Assembly: GCF_006345805.1 (NCBI RefSeq)
Contig: NC_043021.1
Span: forward strand, 8,060,001-8,124,000
DNA: 64,000 nt
Source of the DNA: Octopus sinensis
Taxonomy: Eukaryota
Direction of reading: 5' to 3'
Notes under the pieces: generated by a model
The model's input: the letters and a program-made list of their open reading frames with translations, nothing else
Databases searched by the model: none
What the model was told of the DNA's origin: nothing
Part shown: piece by piece, positions 26,611-38,602 of the stretch
How positions within the stretch are numbered: the first letter of the stretch is position 1
Layout of the letters: each line of letters begins with the position of its first letter
Program-made: the position numbers and the translations under genes

Positions 26611-27204
26611 ACATACACACACACATATATATATATAGAGAGAGAGAAAGTGGGGGGGGAGATACTATCTTGAAATATATGTCTACATTTTTACCTATTT
26701 TTCAGTCTAGTATTTATTTTGTTGCTCTCTTTTGCTGAACTGTGTTACAAGAGGGAGGGAAACAAACTAACACTGGCTTTGGGCTACAAACACAAAAAGA
26801 CCCCCCCCACACACACACGATGAACTTACACACAGTTTCTATCTTCCAAATTCATCCACAACACATTGGTTGACAAAGACACTCACCAAATATGTTACCC
26901 AGTAGGACTGAACCTGAAACCACATGGTCTTAAAGCATGCTTCTTAGACACATAATCATGCCTGTGCCATGTATATTCTTGTCAAAATTTTCTAGCCATT
27001 GTGCCAATGTAAGAAATCAATATTAATAATCTCTTACTTTCCTTTTAACTATGTCTGTTCTTCTCCTTTCCTCTTTCAATGCCATCTTTTTATCCGTTTT
27101 TTTCTGCACTTTAAAAAATTTTTTTACTCCAATTTTTTTCTGCTTTTTTTTTTTAACTTCAAGCTTGCTACCTCCCCTCTCCTTTTATATTTTACAACTG
27201 CTGC

Positions 27205-27214
27205 TCATATATAC

Positions 27215-27245
<31 letters not shown>

Positions 27246-27336
27246 CTCACACAGAAACAATCTATATGCATCTGTATACATGTTTGTGTATATGTGTGTG
27301 TGTGTATATATAATATAGTCAGGAACTGTGTATACA

Positions 27337-27367
<31 letters not shown>

Positions 27368-27570
27368 ATATAGATATATATGTATGTGTATATAGATATA
27401 TGTATATATATATATATATTATATATATATGTATATATATATATATGTGTATATATAGATATATATATGTGTATATATATAGATATATATATGTGTATAT
27501 ATATATAGATATATATGTGTGTATATATAGATATGTATATATATATATGTGTATGTGTGTGTGTATATAT

Positions 27571-27603
<33 letters not shown>

Positions 27604-27861
27604 TATGTATGTATATATAATATATATATATATATTATATGTGTGTGTGTATATATATATGTGTGTGTATATATATATGTGTGTGTATATATATATATGT
27701 GTGTGTATATATATATGTGTGTATATATATATATGTGTGTATGCATATATATGTGTGTGTGTGTATGTATATAGATATATATATATGTGTATGCATATAT
27801 ATGTGTGTGTGTATGTATATAGATATATATATATATGTATGCATGTGTGTGTGTATGTATG

Positions 27862-27900
<39 letters not shown>
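27205..27900. repeat. compound (TA)n/(TG)n microsatellite with recurring TAGATA motif, ~700 bp
   Basis: Direct reading. Confidence 0.95.
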
Positions 27901-28221
27901 TTGTACACTCACCTCTGTTAATTCTAAGATCTATGATGATTACAGGAATAAGAATTGTTAATAATCAGTTAGATTCTCTGTGAAGGCAAATAAAATATAG
28001 ATGAAGCTTTTCCGAGTTAAAGAATGTCGACGACTGTAATTTGGTGAAAATCTAAGCAGGGAAAAAGAAGTGTTTATTAAGAATTGAGTAGTGGAATCCT
28101 AACAAAATGTCTAGATTGAGGGACACATTTTACACACAAAACACATGGAGTACAGAACAGGCTGCATTAAAATCATCTGTTTTCAACCCAGTGTTTAGGG
28201 GGGTTTAATCAAGGCATTTGG

Positions 28222-28740
28222 TCATCATCATCGTTTAATGTCCACATTCAATGCTGGCATGGGTTGGATGGTTTGACAGGAGCTGGCCAGTTAGAAGACT
28301 ACCCAAGGCTACCATGTCTGTTTTGGCATGGTTTTTATGGCTGGATGCCCTTCCTAACACCAACAACCCCACAAAGTGGCCCGAGTGCTTTTTACAAGGC
28401 ACTAGCATAGGCGAGATCAGTTTTGGCATGGTTTTTACAGCTGGGTGCCCTTCCTAACACCAACAACCCCACAGAGTGGCCAGAGTGCTTTTTACAAGGC
28501 ACTAGGATAGGCGAGGTCAGTTTTGGCGTGGTTTCTACAGCTGGGTGCCCTTCCTAACACCAACCAACCTGCAGAGTGGACTGAGTGCTGTTTCCGGGAC
28601 ACGGTCACAGGCAAGGTCAGTTTTGGCATGGTTTTTACAGCTGGTTGCCCTTCCAAATGCCAACCACTTCACTGTGTGAATTGGATGCTTTTTATGTGGC
28701 ATCAGTGCCAGCAGGGTCACCAAGAAACTTGCAAGACAGG
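28222..28740 (-). repeat. old family C copy with 100-bp internal tandem array
   Basis: ttttggc(a/g)tggtt restarts at 28321, 28421, 28521 and 28621. Confidence 0.85.
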
Positions 28741-29255
28741 GAATTTTGAGAGAGGAGGCGGGAGGGGATGCATTGGAGGAGGGGATCTTGTGTCAGATAA
28801 TGAAAGGTTTGTGTGATGGTGAGACAGAGAGGCAGAAGCAGGTGGTCATGGACAAATTAATAAGTCTTTCATAGAGTAGTAATTCCCAAATTTGGGGCAT
28901 AAGCCCCACTGGTGGGGGTGTGGGATTTATTATTTAATACAAAAGAATCCGTGAGTGCTTTGTTCAAAATGAAAGGTACCAAGATGTGGCTGTGTGATGG
29001 AAGTTGAAAGGAAATGCTCTAGCACTACCATTTCAGCAAAGGAACCTTTGATTCATTTCCTCACATCTTATATGGTTGAGTGTGGCTTCAATTTTGTTCA
29101 CTATTTGTTTTGAGCCAAGAGAAAGTCTTGAAATTACAAAGCAAGGTGATTTACGGCTGAAGCTGACAAAATCATCTCCTCGAACCAAGGGAATCTGCCA
29201 CAGTTGCCAGGCACAAGGTCCTCATTAAAATGACCCCCCCCCCTTTTTTTGTCAA

Positions 29256-29459
29256 TACTCTCTTTTACTTGTTTCAGTTATTTGACTGTGGCCATGCTGG
29301 AGCACCGCCTTTAGTCGAGCAAATCGACTCCAGGACTTATTCTTTGTAAGCCTAGTACTTATTCTACCGGTCTCTTTTGCTGAACTGCTATGTTAACGGG
29401 GATGTAAATACACAGCATCGGTTGTCAGCGATGTTGGGTAGACAAACACAAATGCTTAA

Positions 29460-29515
<56 letters not shown>

Positions 29516-29685
29516 ATATATACGACCGGCTTCTTTCAGTTTCTGTCTACCAAATCCACTCACAAGGCTTTGATCTGCCTGAGGCTATAGTAGAAGACAC
29601 TTGCCCAAGGTGTCACGCAGTGGGACTGAACCCGGAACCATGTGGTTGGTAAACAAGCTACTTACCACACAGCCACTCCTGCGCC
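29256..29685 (-). mobile_element. SINE A
   Basis: Full-length copy ending ccactcctgcgcc. Confidence 0.9.
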
Positions 29686-30101
29686 TAATGTACTTTTTTG
29701 TACTTGGTACTTAAGAGTTACTACTAGATCCTTTTGTATTAAATAATTGTGATAAAATATTAAAGAATCCGTGAGTGCTTTGTTCAAAATGAAAGGTACC
29801 AAGATGTAGCTGTGTGATGAAGTTGAAAGAAAATGCTTCTTTTTTTTTTCCCCCAACCACTGATGGGGCATACATTTTTCTGGAAAGTTATAGTGGGGAC
29901 TGAGAGAAAATAGGTTGGGAAACACTGCCATAAAGCATAGTTGCGTGGTTAAGAATCTTCCTTTGCAACCACATGGTTCCAGGTTCAGTCTCACTATTGA
30001 AGATCCTTGCACCTTGGCGAGTATCTTCTGTAACCTTTAGCCAACCAATACCTTGGTCCATCACCGTGCGTGTTGTGTACAAGTGTATATGTGTCTGTCT
30101 A

Positions 30102-30489
30102 GTGGAGGCGCAATGGCCCAGTAGTTAGGGCAGCGGACTCGCGGTCATAGGATCGCGGTTTCGATTCCCAGACCGGGCGTTGTGAGTGTTTATTGAGCGA
30201 AAACACCTAAAAGCTCCACGAGGCTCCGGCAGGGGATGGTGGTGATCCCTGCTGTACTCTTTCACCACAACTTTCTCTCACTCTTACTTCCTGTTTCTGT
30301 TGTACCTGTATTTCAAGGGGCCGGCCTTGTCACTCTCTGTGTCACGCTGAATATCCCGAGAACTACGTTAAGGGTGCACGTGTCTGTGGAGTGCTCAGCC
30401 ACTTACACGTTAATTTCACGAGCAGGCTGTTCCGTTGATTCGGATCAACCGGAACCCTCGTCGTCGTAACCGACGGAGTGCTCCCATCC
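30102..30489 (+). mobile_element. SINE family D (tRNA-Arg-like head)
   Basis: A box TGGCCCAGTAG, GACTCGCG loop, B box GGTTTCGATTCC; 13-bp TSD atgtgtctgtcta (30089-30101 / 30490-30502). Confidence 0.92.
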
Positions 30490-30994
30490 ATGTGTCTGTC
30501 TATCCATGTGTAAATGTCTTTGGCAACATGTATCAGTCTGTTCAACTAAAACTCTTCAAGGCAGTGCCTCCACATGACCACAGTCCAGTGACCGAAACAA
30601 GTAGAGAGATTAATTACTTTTATTTCTAACTGAAAGGAGCTGTCTTTCTTTGTTATCCTATTGGAGTCTTCCCCCTCTTTTTCTCTCTCGCGACCAATTT
30701 TTTTTTATACACCACAGTGTTTTGTTTTTGTTTTTTTTTTTGCTAAAACTCATAAGCAATAAAAATTTACTTAATGAACCCGAGAGCTTGCTTTCATCTA
30801 CTCTGGATCAATAAAATAAGCATCAAAAAAAAAAAAGAAAGAAAATGCTAGTTGATGCAGTTACCTGTACCTACAGCCATCTAGTGTTCCATCACCAGAA
30901 ATCACTTCGCATTTGTGAATAATACATGTTAATATCTTTATATGGTATTTGTTGTTAGTGTCTGACAAAATGCCTTGTGGTATTTTGCTTCAGT

Positions 30995-31403
30995 GAGCTG
31001 GCAGAATCGTTAGCACGCCGGGCGAAATGCTTAGTGGTTTTTCATCTGCTGTTACATTCTAGGTTCAAATTCCGCCGAGGTCGACTTTGCCTTTCATCCT
31101 TTCGGGGTCGATTAAATAAGTACCAGTTACGCACTGGGGTCGATATAATTGACTTAATCCGTTTGTCTGTCCTTGTTTATCCTCTCTGTGTTTAGCCCCT
31201 TGTGGGTAGTAAAGAAATAGGTATTTCGTCTGCCACTACGTTCTGAGTTCAAATTCCGCCAAGGTCGACTTTGCCTTTCATCCTTTCGGGGTCGATTAAA
31301 TAAGTACCAGTTACGCACTGGGGTCGATATAATCGACTTAATCCGTTTGTCTGTCCTTGTTTATCCTCTCTGTGTTTAGCCCCTTGTGGGTAATAAAGAA
31401 ATA
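30995..31403 (+). mobile_element. SINE B dimer (184-bp repeated body)
   Basis: 16-bp TSD ggtattttgcttcagt (30979-30994 / 31404-31419). Confidence 0.92.
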
Positions 31404-33304
31404 GGTATTTTGCTTCAGTTCTTTTAGTTTCTCTGTTCAAATCCTGCTGAGGGCGGCTTTAGCTTTTGTCCTTCAGGAGTCGATAAAGTATCAGTCAAGT
31501 ACTGGGGTTGATAACAATCGATTGTCCCCCCCTCCCGATTTCTGGTCTCATGCTTATGTTAGAAATTATTTTTATTACTAGCTGACCACGTGCTGTCAAT
31601 AATAACGGCTAATTGTAGTATTTTACATATATAAAAAGATAAAAATAAGGTACATAATAACCACACATACAAACATTCACATACTTCCCTTCTACACGCA
31701 CACACACAGTTGAAACGCCGATTTTTTTTTTATTCACCTCTTCCTTCCTAATTCATTTATCACCCCTTTCCTTTCTCTCATTACTATTACTTCCTCTCAC
31801 TCCTTCTCAGTCAGGGCTATTACTCTCACTACTTCTCCTTCACTGAATTACTATTTCCTTTCCTCGTCCATGTCCGATGTGTTCCTGGACAAATATATAA
31901 AAACACTAGGTTCGTTTTCATATTAGGAGATTACGATTATTAAGGCAGCAAGCTGACAGAATCATAAGCACGCCAGGCAAAACGCTTAGTGGAACCTGGT
32001 GCGGTCCCAGGCCTCACCAGTTCCTGTCAAGCTGTCCGACCCATGCTAGCATGGAAAATGCATGTTTGATGATGATCATGCCATCATAGAAAAACAAACT
32101 TAAAACTAAACAAACAACAGATTAGTCATGTACCAGAGTCAATTCAATCGACTATACATCCTCTTTACGTACACACATACACACACACACACACACTCAT
32201 TACTGGCCTTGTGACAAAGTCAGAAATTGTTATTTTTAAAATGTTTATTCTCATTTAATCATCATTCCCAATTAGGATCATGAATTTTGCAACTTAATTT
32301 AACTTGATATAAATGTATACACAGAAAGCAAAATGGTCAGTAATTTAGATTAGTAAATAAAAATGGATTTAATTACAAGAACATTCTTGTGTGTGTGTGT
32401 GTGTGTGAATGTGTTTGAAGGTGAATTTGTTTTGGAGTAAAAGATTAGGTTCTTACATTTTTTTTTATTTAATCTACCTATTTTGTATTGAAACGAGCCA
32501 GGTCTGTCCTCTCACACCTACTCTACAATGTCATTCTAAGGGGGAGGGGGAATTACAACCGTGTTTCGTGGTCTGCTACCACAACAGCTCCTTTATAGGA
32601 TCCAGTTAGCTCAAGACATCATCAGGAGGAACCACGTCTGGTTTCGGCCCCCTACTCCTCTACTGTTTGACGTGGCTTGGCCCCTCCCTTTCGGAGGTGT
32701 CTTCAGCTCTGGTGTTGGGTGCATGTCTTCTTTCTTCGTCTTTCTTCTGTTCCCTTGCCTCTTCGATGTATCATCAGCGAGTGTCAGCCTATGAAATCTT
32801 GTAAGCTACAAGGTAATGCATGATTAATTAGGAACTATGTGAATGGATTTGGTAAGAAGACCATACCTTGTGTGTGTGTTGTTCTCCACCACTGCTTGAC
32901 AACCAGCATTGGCTAATGTTCCTGTAACTTAGCAGTTCAGCAAAAGACATTGACAGAATAAGTACCAGACTTACAAATATAGATTGGGATTGATTTGTTT
33001 GATTGAATCCTTCAGGGCAGGGCCCCAGCATGGCTACAGTCCAGTGTCTGAAAATCATAAAAAATTAATAGCCCTGAGCCTTTTTCTCTGACACCCTCAC
33101 CATTCGGCCACTTCACTGCCTTTCCAATGATGGTGGTGGTCACCACCTCAATAACAAATAATAATAATAAGTTTCAGATTTTGGCAAAAGGTCAGCAGGA
33201 TTGGGGAAGGGGCCAAGTCGATTACATTGATCCCGGTGTTCAACTGGTTCTTGTTTTATCGGCCCTGGAAGGATGAAAGGCAAAATCAAAATGCCTGCTC
33301 ACCA

Positions 33305-33317
33305 CCTTTATAATAAT

Positions 33318-33354
<37 letters not shown>

Positions 33355-33558
33355 TTCTGCTGAAGACACAAGGTCTGAAATTTGAGGGAAGGGGACTTGT
33401 TGATTACGTCAGCCCCAGTACTCCACTGGTACTTATTTTATTGACCCTGAAAGGATGAAAGGCAAAGTTGGCTTCAGCAGAATTTGAACTCAGAACATCA
33501 AGCATAATGGTACTAAGCATTTTGCCCAATTTGCTAATAATTCTGCCAGCTCACCACC

Positions 33559-33618
<60 letters not shown>

Positions 33619-33660
33619 GTAGTAGTAGTAGTAGTAGTATTATTAATAATAATAATAATA
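33305..33660. repeat. (AAT)n, (ATT)n and (AGT)n trinucleotide tracts flanking an old SINE B
   Basis: Direct reading at about 33312-33352 and 33560-33660. Confidence 0.9.
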
Positions 33661-33898
33661 ATGCTTGCCTAATACAATGAATTCTATCATATCCTTGCAT
33701 ATATTTATGGCTAGCAGAGTGAAATTTTTTTGTCAGGGGCACATTGCAACATCATCAGTGATAGAATAGAGGTCAGTAGGTTAGTGCTTTATTGACGTGG
33801 CCAGCTGGAACTCTATATGTATTGTAATTCAAACTCGCTTTTTTTTTTTTCTCCTTCGTTTCTGTTGATAATGAGAAATTTATTGCACTTCCCTTCCC

Positions 33899-33929
<31 letters not shown>

Positions 33930-34610
33930 CTTTTTCTCCTTTCTCATCTTAAGTTGTAACATTGAACAGCTTAGATTCAGTGAAAATATTTGTAAAGCAG
34001 TCTACTGTTCTCCTCTCTATTCTACTCTAGGCACAAGGCCCGAAATTTTGGGGAAGGGGGGGCAGTCGATTAGATCAACCCCAGTACAAAACTGGTACTT
34101 AATTTATCGACCCTGAAAGGATGAAAGGCAAAGTCGACCTCAGCGGAATTTGTACTCAGAACATAAAGACAGACAAAATACGCTAAGCATTTCACTGGCC
34201 TGCTAACGTTTCTGCCAGCTCGCCACCTTAACTGTTCTCTTCTCATACTCAGGGATGTTGTTGTTGCTGCTGTTGTAGTCTCTGGTTTTGTGATGGTAAT
34301 GAGATCCACTAGCATTCTGAAATTGGCAGATCCAAATCTTGACAAAAACTGCCCTGATCTATTAGAAGTGTGTGGGGGCGGATAGGCGGGCGGTTTGTAT
34401 TGTTCAATTTCTATCTACCAAATCCATTCACAAGGCTTTGGCCAACCCAGGGCTATAGAAAAAATATACTTGCTCAAAGTGCCATACAGTGGGACTGAAC
34501 CCAGGATCATATGGTTGGGAAGCAAACTTTACACCACAGCCACACTTGTGCCTATCAACTAAATTTTTAAAAAAACTCTGTTCTAGGGGGACAAACACAG
34601 ACACACAAAC

Positions 34611-34641
<31 letters not shown>

Positions 34642-35695
34642 TATATACGACGGGCTTCTTTCAGTTTCCGTCTACCAAATCCACTCACAAGGCATTGGTC
34701 GGCCCCGGGCTATAGCAGAAGACACTTGCCCAAGATGCCACGAAGTGGGACTGAACCCGGAACCATGTGGTTGGTTAGCAAGCTACTTACCACACAGCCA
34801 CTCCTGTGCATATTATTTTTACAAACAGTCTAATTATGATTCATCATTTATTTAGTTGAACACAATGTGACCTTGCATATAATTACTGAGATTTATGCGA
34901 GAGAATAAATTACTGTATGTAACTTGGGGTGGCCATCTGCATGGAAAATAATAGTCAAAGTTAGAAAACTTAAGATAAGTTTAAAGTAGATAAATCACTT
35001 TTTTTTAAATTAACCCTCTTTGTACCCACCTGCTTGAAACTGTCCCTGGTTCTATGATGTGAATTCCCTGTTTTAAATTATCTTTGATCAGAAGCTCATG
35101 CTAATTTATGTTCTAAATGCCAGCTTCACTCTTAAGCATCTAAACTGACCATATCTAGCCTAAATATCCTGTTTTATGTTTAAACCAACCAGATACAGCC
35201 TCTCACACCTACACTACAGTCCACATCATCATCATCATCATTTAGCATCCGCTTTCCATGCTAGCATGGGTTGGACGGTTCAACTGGGGTCTGGGAGGCC
35301 AGAAGGCAGCACCAGGCCCAGTCTTATCTGGCAATGTTTCTACAGCTGGATGCGCTTCCTAACGCTAACCACTCTGTGAGTGTAGTGGGTGCTTTACTTG
35401 TATCTATGTGCTGTGTATATTTTGTCCTTTTGTCCTCTCTCCCGGCGCTGCACAAACCCCCAATGTGGTTTCAGAGCCAAACTCTGAGTGCTACTTCAAG
35501 CGTGGTGATATCTCCCAGATATCCCAAATTATAATTTTGATAATAATTATTACCTTTAAAGGTTTTTATTCCCATGTTGGCCACTTGATAAGTTTAATAT
35601 TTGTCTAAAATCTTTTAGCGTTTAAACTAATCATATCTAGCCAAAATACTCTATGTTCAAAGTAATCAGATCCAGCCCCTCACACCTACCCTACA

Positions 35696-36063
35696 TGGAA
35701 GCACTCCGTTGGTTACGACGACGAGGGTTCCAGTTGATCCGATCAACGGAACAGCCTGCTCGTGAAATTATCGTGTAAGTGGCTGAGCACTCCACAGACA
35801 CGTGTACCCTTGGGGATATTCAGCTTGACACAGAGAGTGACAAGGCCGGCCCTTTGAAATACAGGTACACCAGAAACAGGAAGTAAGAGCGAGAGAAAGT
35901 TGTGGTGAAAGAGTACAGCAGGGATCACCACCATCCCTGCCGGAGCCTCGTGGAGCTTTAGGTGTTTTCGCTCAATAAACACTCACAACGCCCTGTCTGG
36001 GAATCGAAACCGCGACCCTACGACCGCGAGTCCGCTGCCCTAACCACTGGGCCATTGCGCCTC
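35696..36063 (-). mobile_element. SINE D nested in MITE F
   Basis: 15-bp TSD cacacctaccctaca (35681-35695 / 36064-36078). Confidence 0.92.
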
Positions 36064-36426
36064 CACACCTACCCTACAATGTTCTAAAAATAACACAATC
36101 ACATCATTGAACTCTCAGAGCTACAAGATAATGCATGGTTAATTCAAAACCATGTGAATAAATGAGCATTGCATTTGACTGAGAAATCTGAATGTTAAAG
36201 CTACTCGCTGCTCTATCTTCATGAGGTTGAATTCATCACTAACCTGAAATGACTTCAACCCCATGAAGTGAGATAGGCACCATCATGTATAGAGCTGACC
36301 AAGTCCATCAGAGCCTCTCTGTCGCTGATGGTCCTGTGACGTCAAGCCTCTGGAGATCTTTCCCCGATAATGTTCAGCCATCTCGTGCATGGCAGGGTTA
36401 ATAATAACAAAGTTATTTAAATAAAT

Positions 36427-36638
36427 TACTCCTTTACTTGTTTCGGTCACTTGACTGTGGCCATGCTGGAGCACTGCCTTTAGTCGAGCAAATCGACCCC
36501 AGGACTTATTCTTTGTAAGCCTAGTACTTAGTCTATCAATCCCTTTTGCCGAACTGATAAGTTACAGGGATGTAAACACACCAACATCGGTTGTCAAGCG
36601 ATGTTGGGGGGGGGTCAAACACAGACACACAAACATAT

Positions 36639-36693
<55 letters not shown>

Positions 36694-36861
36694 CATATAC
36701 ACGACGGGCTTCTTTCAGTTTCCATCTCCCAAATCCACTCACAAGGCTTTGATCAGCCTGTGGCTATAGTAGACACTTGCCCAAGGTGCCACGCAGTGGG
36801 ATTGAACCCGGAACCATGTGGTTGGTAAGCAAGCTCCTTACCACACAGCCACCCCTATGCC
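36427..36861 (-). mobile_element. SINE A
   Basis: Full-length copy; inverted partner of 37220-37636. Confidence 0.9.
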
Positions 36862-37219
36862 TAAATTCATTATTTTTCAAAAATTAATTGAAACAGGCTG
36901 GATGTTTCAACAGAACCATATTAATAACAAAATGGTTAAACAGACATGAATGCAGTATATATTTTCTTTGTACTCTGAGAATAATAGATTGACCTGAAAT
37001 GTTTGATGGTTTGTTGTCCACTAGAAGACAAATATTTCCTCATTCCTCTCTCCGAGAAGAGAGCCATGCCATAATGGGCTAGACCTAATTTGCATAATAT
37101 GGAAACTAGTTTGGTTGTTACTACTACATTCTGGTTTGTGCTTGACTTAATCTTAGCTTAATTTTATCTTTTACTCGTTTTAATCTTTGGACTATGGCCA
37201 TGCTGGGGCACCAATTTTA

Positions 37220-37395
37220 AGGCGCAGGAGTGGCTGTGTGGTAAGTAGCTTGCTTACCAGCCACATGGTTCCGGGTTCAGTCCCACTGCGTGGCATCTTG
37301 GGCAAGTGTCTTCTGCTATAGCCTCGGGCCGACCAATGCCTTGTGAGTGGATTTGGTAGACGGAAACTGAAAGAAGCCCGTCGTATATAAGTATG

Positions 37396-37432
<37 letters not shown>

Positions 37433-37636
37433 CTGTGTTTGTCCCCCTAGCATTGCTTGACAACCGATGCTGGTGTGTTTATGACCCCGTTACTTAGCGG
37501 TTCGGCAAAAGGAGGCCCATAGAATAAGTACTGGGCTTACAAAGAATAAGTCCCGGTGTCGAGTTGCTCGATTAAAGGCGGTGCTCCAGCATGGCCGCAG
37601 TCAAAATGACTGAAACAAGTAAAAAGATAAAAAGAT
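37220..37636 (+). mobile_element. SINE A
   Basis: Full-length copy. Confidence 0.9.
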
Positions 37637-38383
37637 GAAGTACCTTCTTTTCTACTATAGTAGGGTATGACGGCGATTTATATACAATGGTCGAGCGACA
37701 TAACTGATGGAATGTATAGGAAATTCATCGCTAAAGATAAAATATCTGTCATACTTGTGTAAAACTTTTTTTTTTATCATGAGACACTACCTTTTACTGA
37801 ACTTTGGAGCTTTGAGCTTGTGGTTACGGTTTCAAACTCAATAACTGGCAATTGTGCCTTTAACGGGGTCCGTTCGTATCACAAGCTTTCATAAATTGTG
37901 GTTTCTCTCCCGCCTCCTTTCTCCCAAGTCTCGAGGTCCTGTAAATAGGACATGGACACTGTATTTCTCCCTTTAGCTCTTAAATAAAGTGTCTTTTGTA
38001 GATTTTGCTCAAGCATAGTCGAGCAAGCTCTTTCGACGATTTCTGAGAAGCCATCGCCAACACCTCCACCGTCTTATTCTAGCTGTTGTCTCATTCATCG
38101 CGGTTTTGTTCCGGAGATATCTTGGAACTTTTTTCTATTTCTGTTTATATTACTCCCCCTAATTGAGTTTATAATTTAGTGAGAAATGGGATTCATTTAT
38201 TAGTCTGGGAAGAGCATATTACATTGATTTTCTTATAAAGAAAAATACGATAAGGAATTCAAATTCGGTCAGGGGTGTGTGTGTGTGCAAAACGGGAGCT
38301 AACTCTGCATTTAAAAGTTACCTCCCTTACATATCATGACATTTTATTGTTTTAATCATTTATCTGTGTTCATTCTCTTTCAG

Positions 38384-38602
38384 GGCAATTACGTGCCAGA
38401 AAATGAAGATTTTCTTGATTTGCAAAAAGCAGACTACGATTTGATTTTGGCCATGAGTTTGACTAAATGGATTCATCTAAACTGGGGAGACGCTGGCTTG
38501 AAGAGATCTTTCCGTAGAATGTACCGGCAACTAAAACCCGGAGGAAAACTCATTTTAGAACCACAAGCTTGGGGCTCCTATAAAAAACGCAAATGGATAT
38601 CG
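38384..38602 (+). CDS. MEPCE: MEPCE coding exon (219 nt, phase 0-0)
   Basis: [73 protein letters not shown] contains the Bin3 signature TKWxHLNWGDxGL and PGGxLILEPQ. Acceptor ttcag|, donor |gtaagt. Confidence 0.95.

Larger units (their letters stand above)
689..38383 (+). other. MEPCE intron 1 (37,695 bp), filled with transposon-derived sequence
   Basis: GT at 689-690; polypyrimidine tract plus CAG at 38381-38383. Phase 0 on both sides joins NVSFRQ to GNYVP. Confidence 0.88.

Noticed and set aside
22495-27983. Long ORFs (up to 216 aa) rich in Y/I/C/V/M/H/T
   Set aside because: Translations of (TA)n/(TG)n microsatellites, which lack stop codons in some frames; no coding signal.
28321-28660. 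100-bp periodic array as repeat-spacer locus
   Set aside because: Whole units are homologous to retroposon family C; no unique spacers.
30102-30180. tRNA-like heads of SINE A, B and D as tRNA genes
   Set aside because: They have A/B boxes but no complete acceptor stem, and continue into SINE bodies bounded by TSDs.
31577-31931. Possible Helitron-like element (TACTAGCTGACC start)
   Set aside because: No convincing 3' hairpin/CTRR end and no second copy in the window.
32560-32790. GC-richer insert within MITE F, possibly a LINE ORF1 fragment
   Set aside because: No recognisable motif and no clear match to the 58-59 kb ORF1; cannot be classified by eye.
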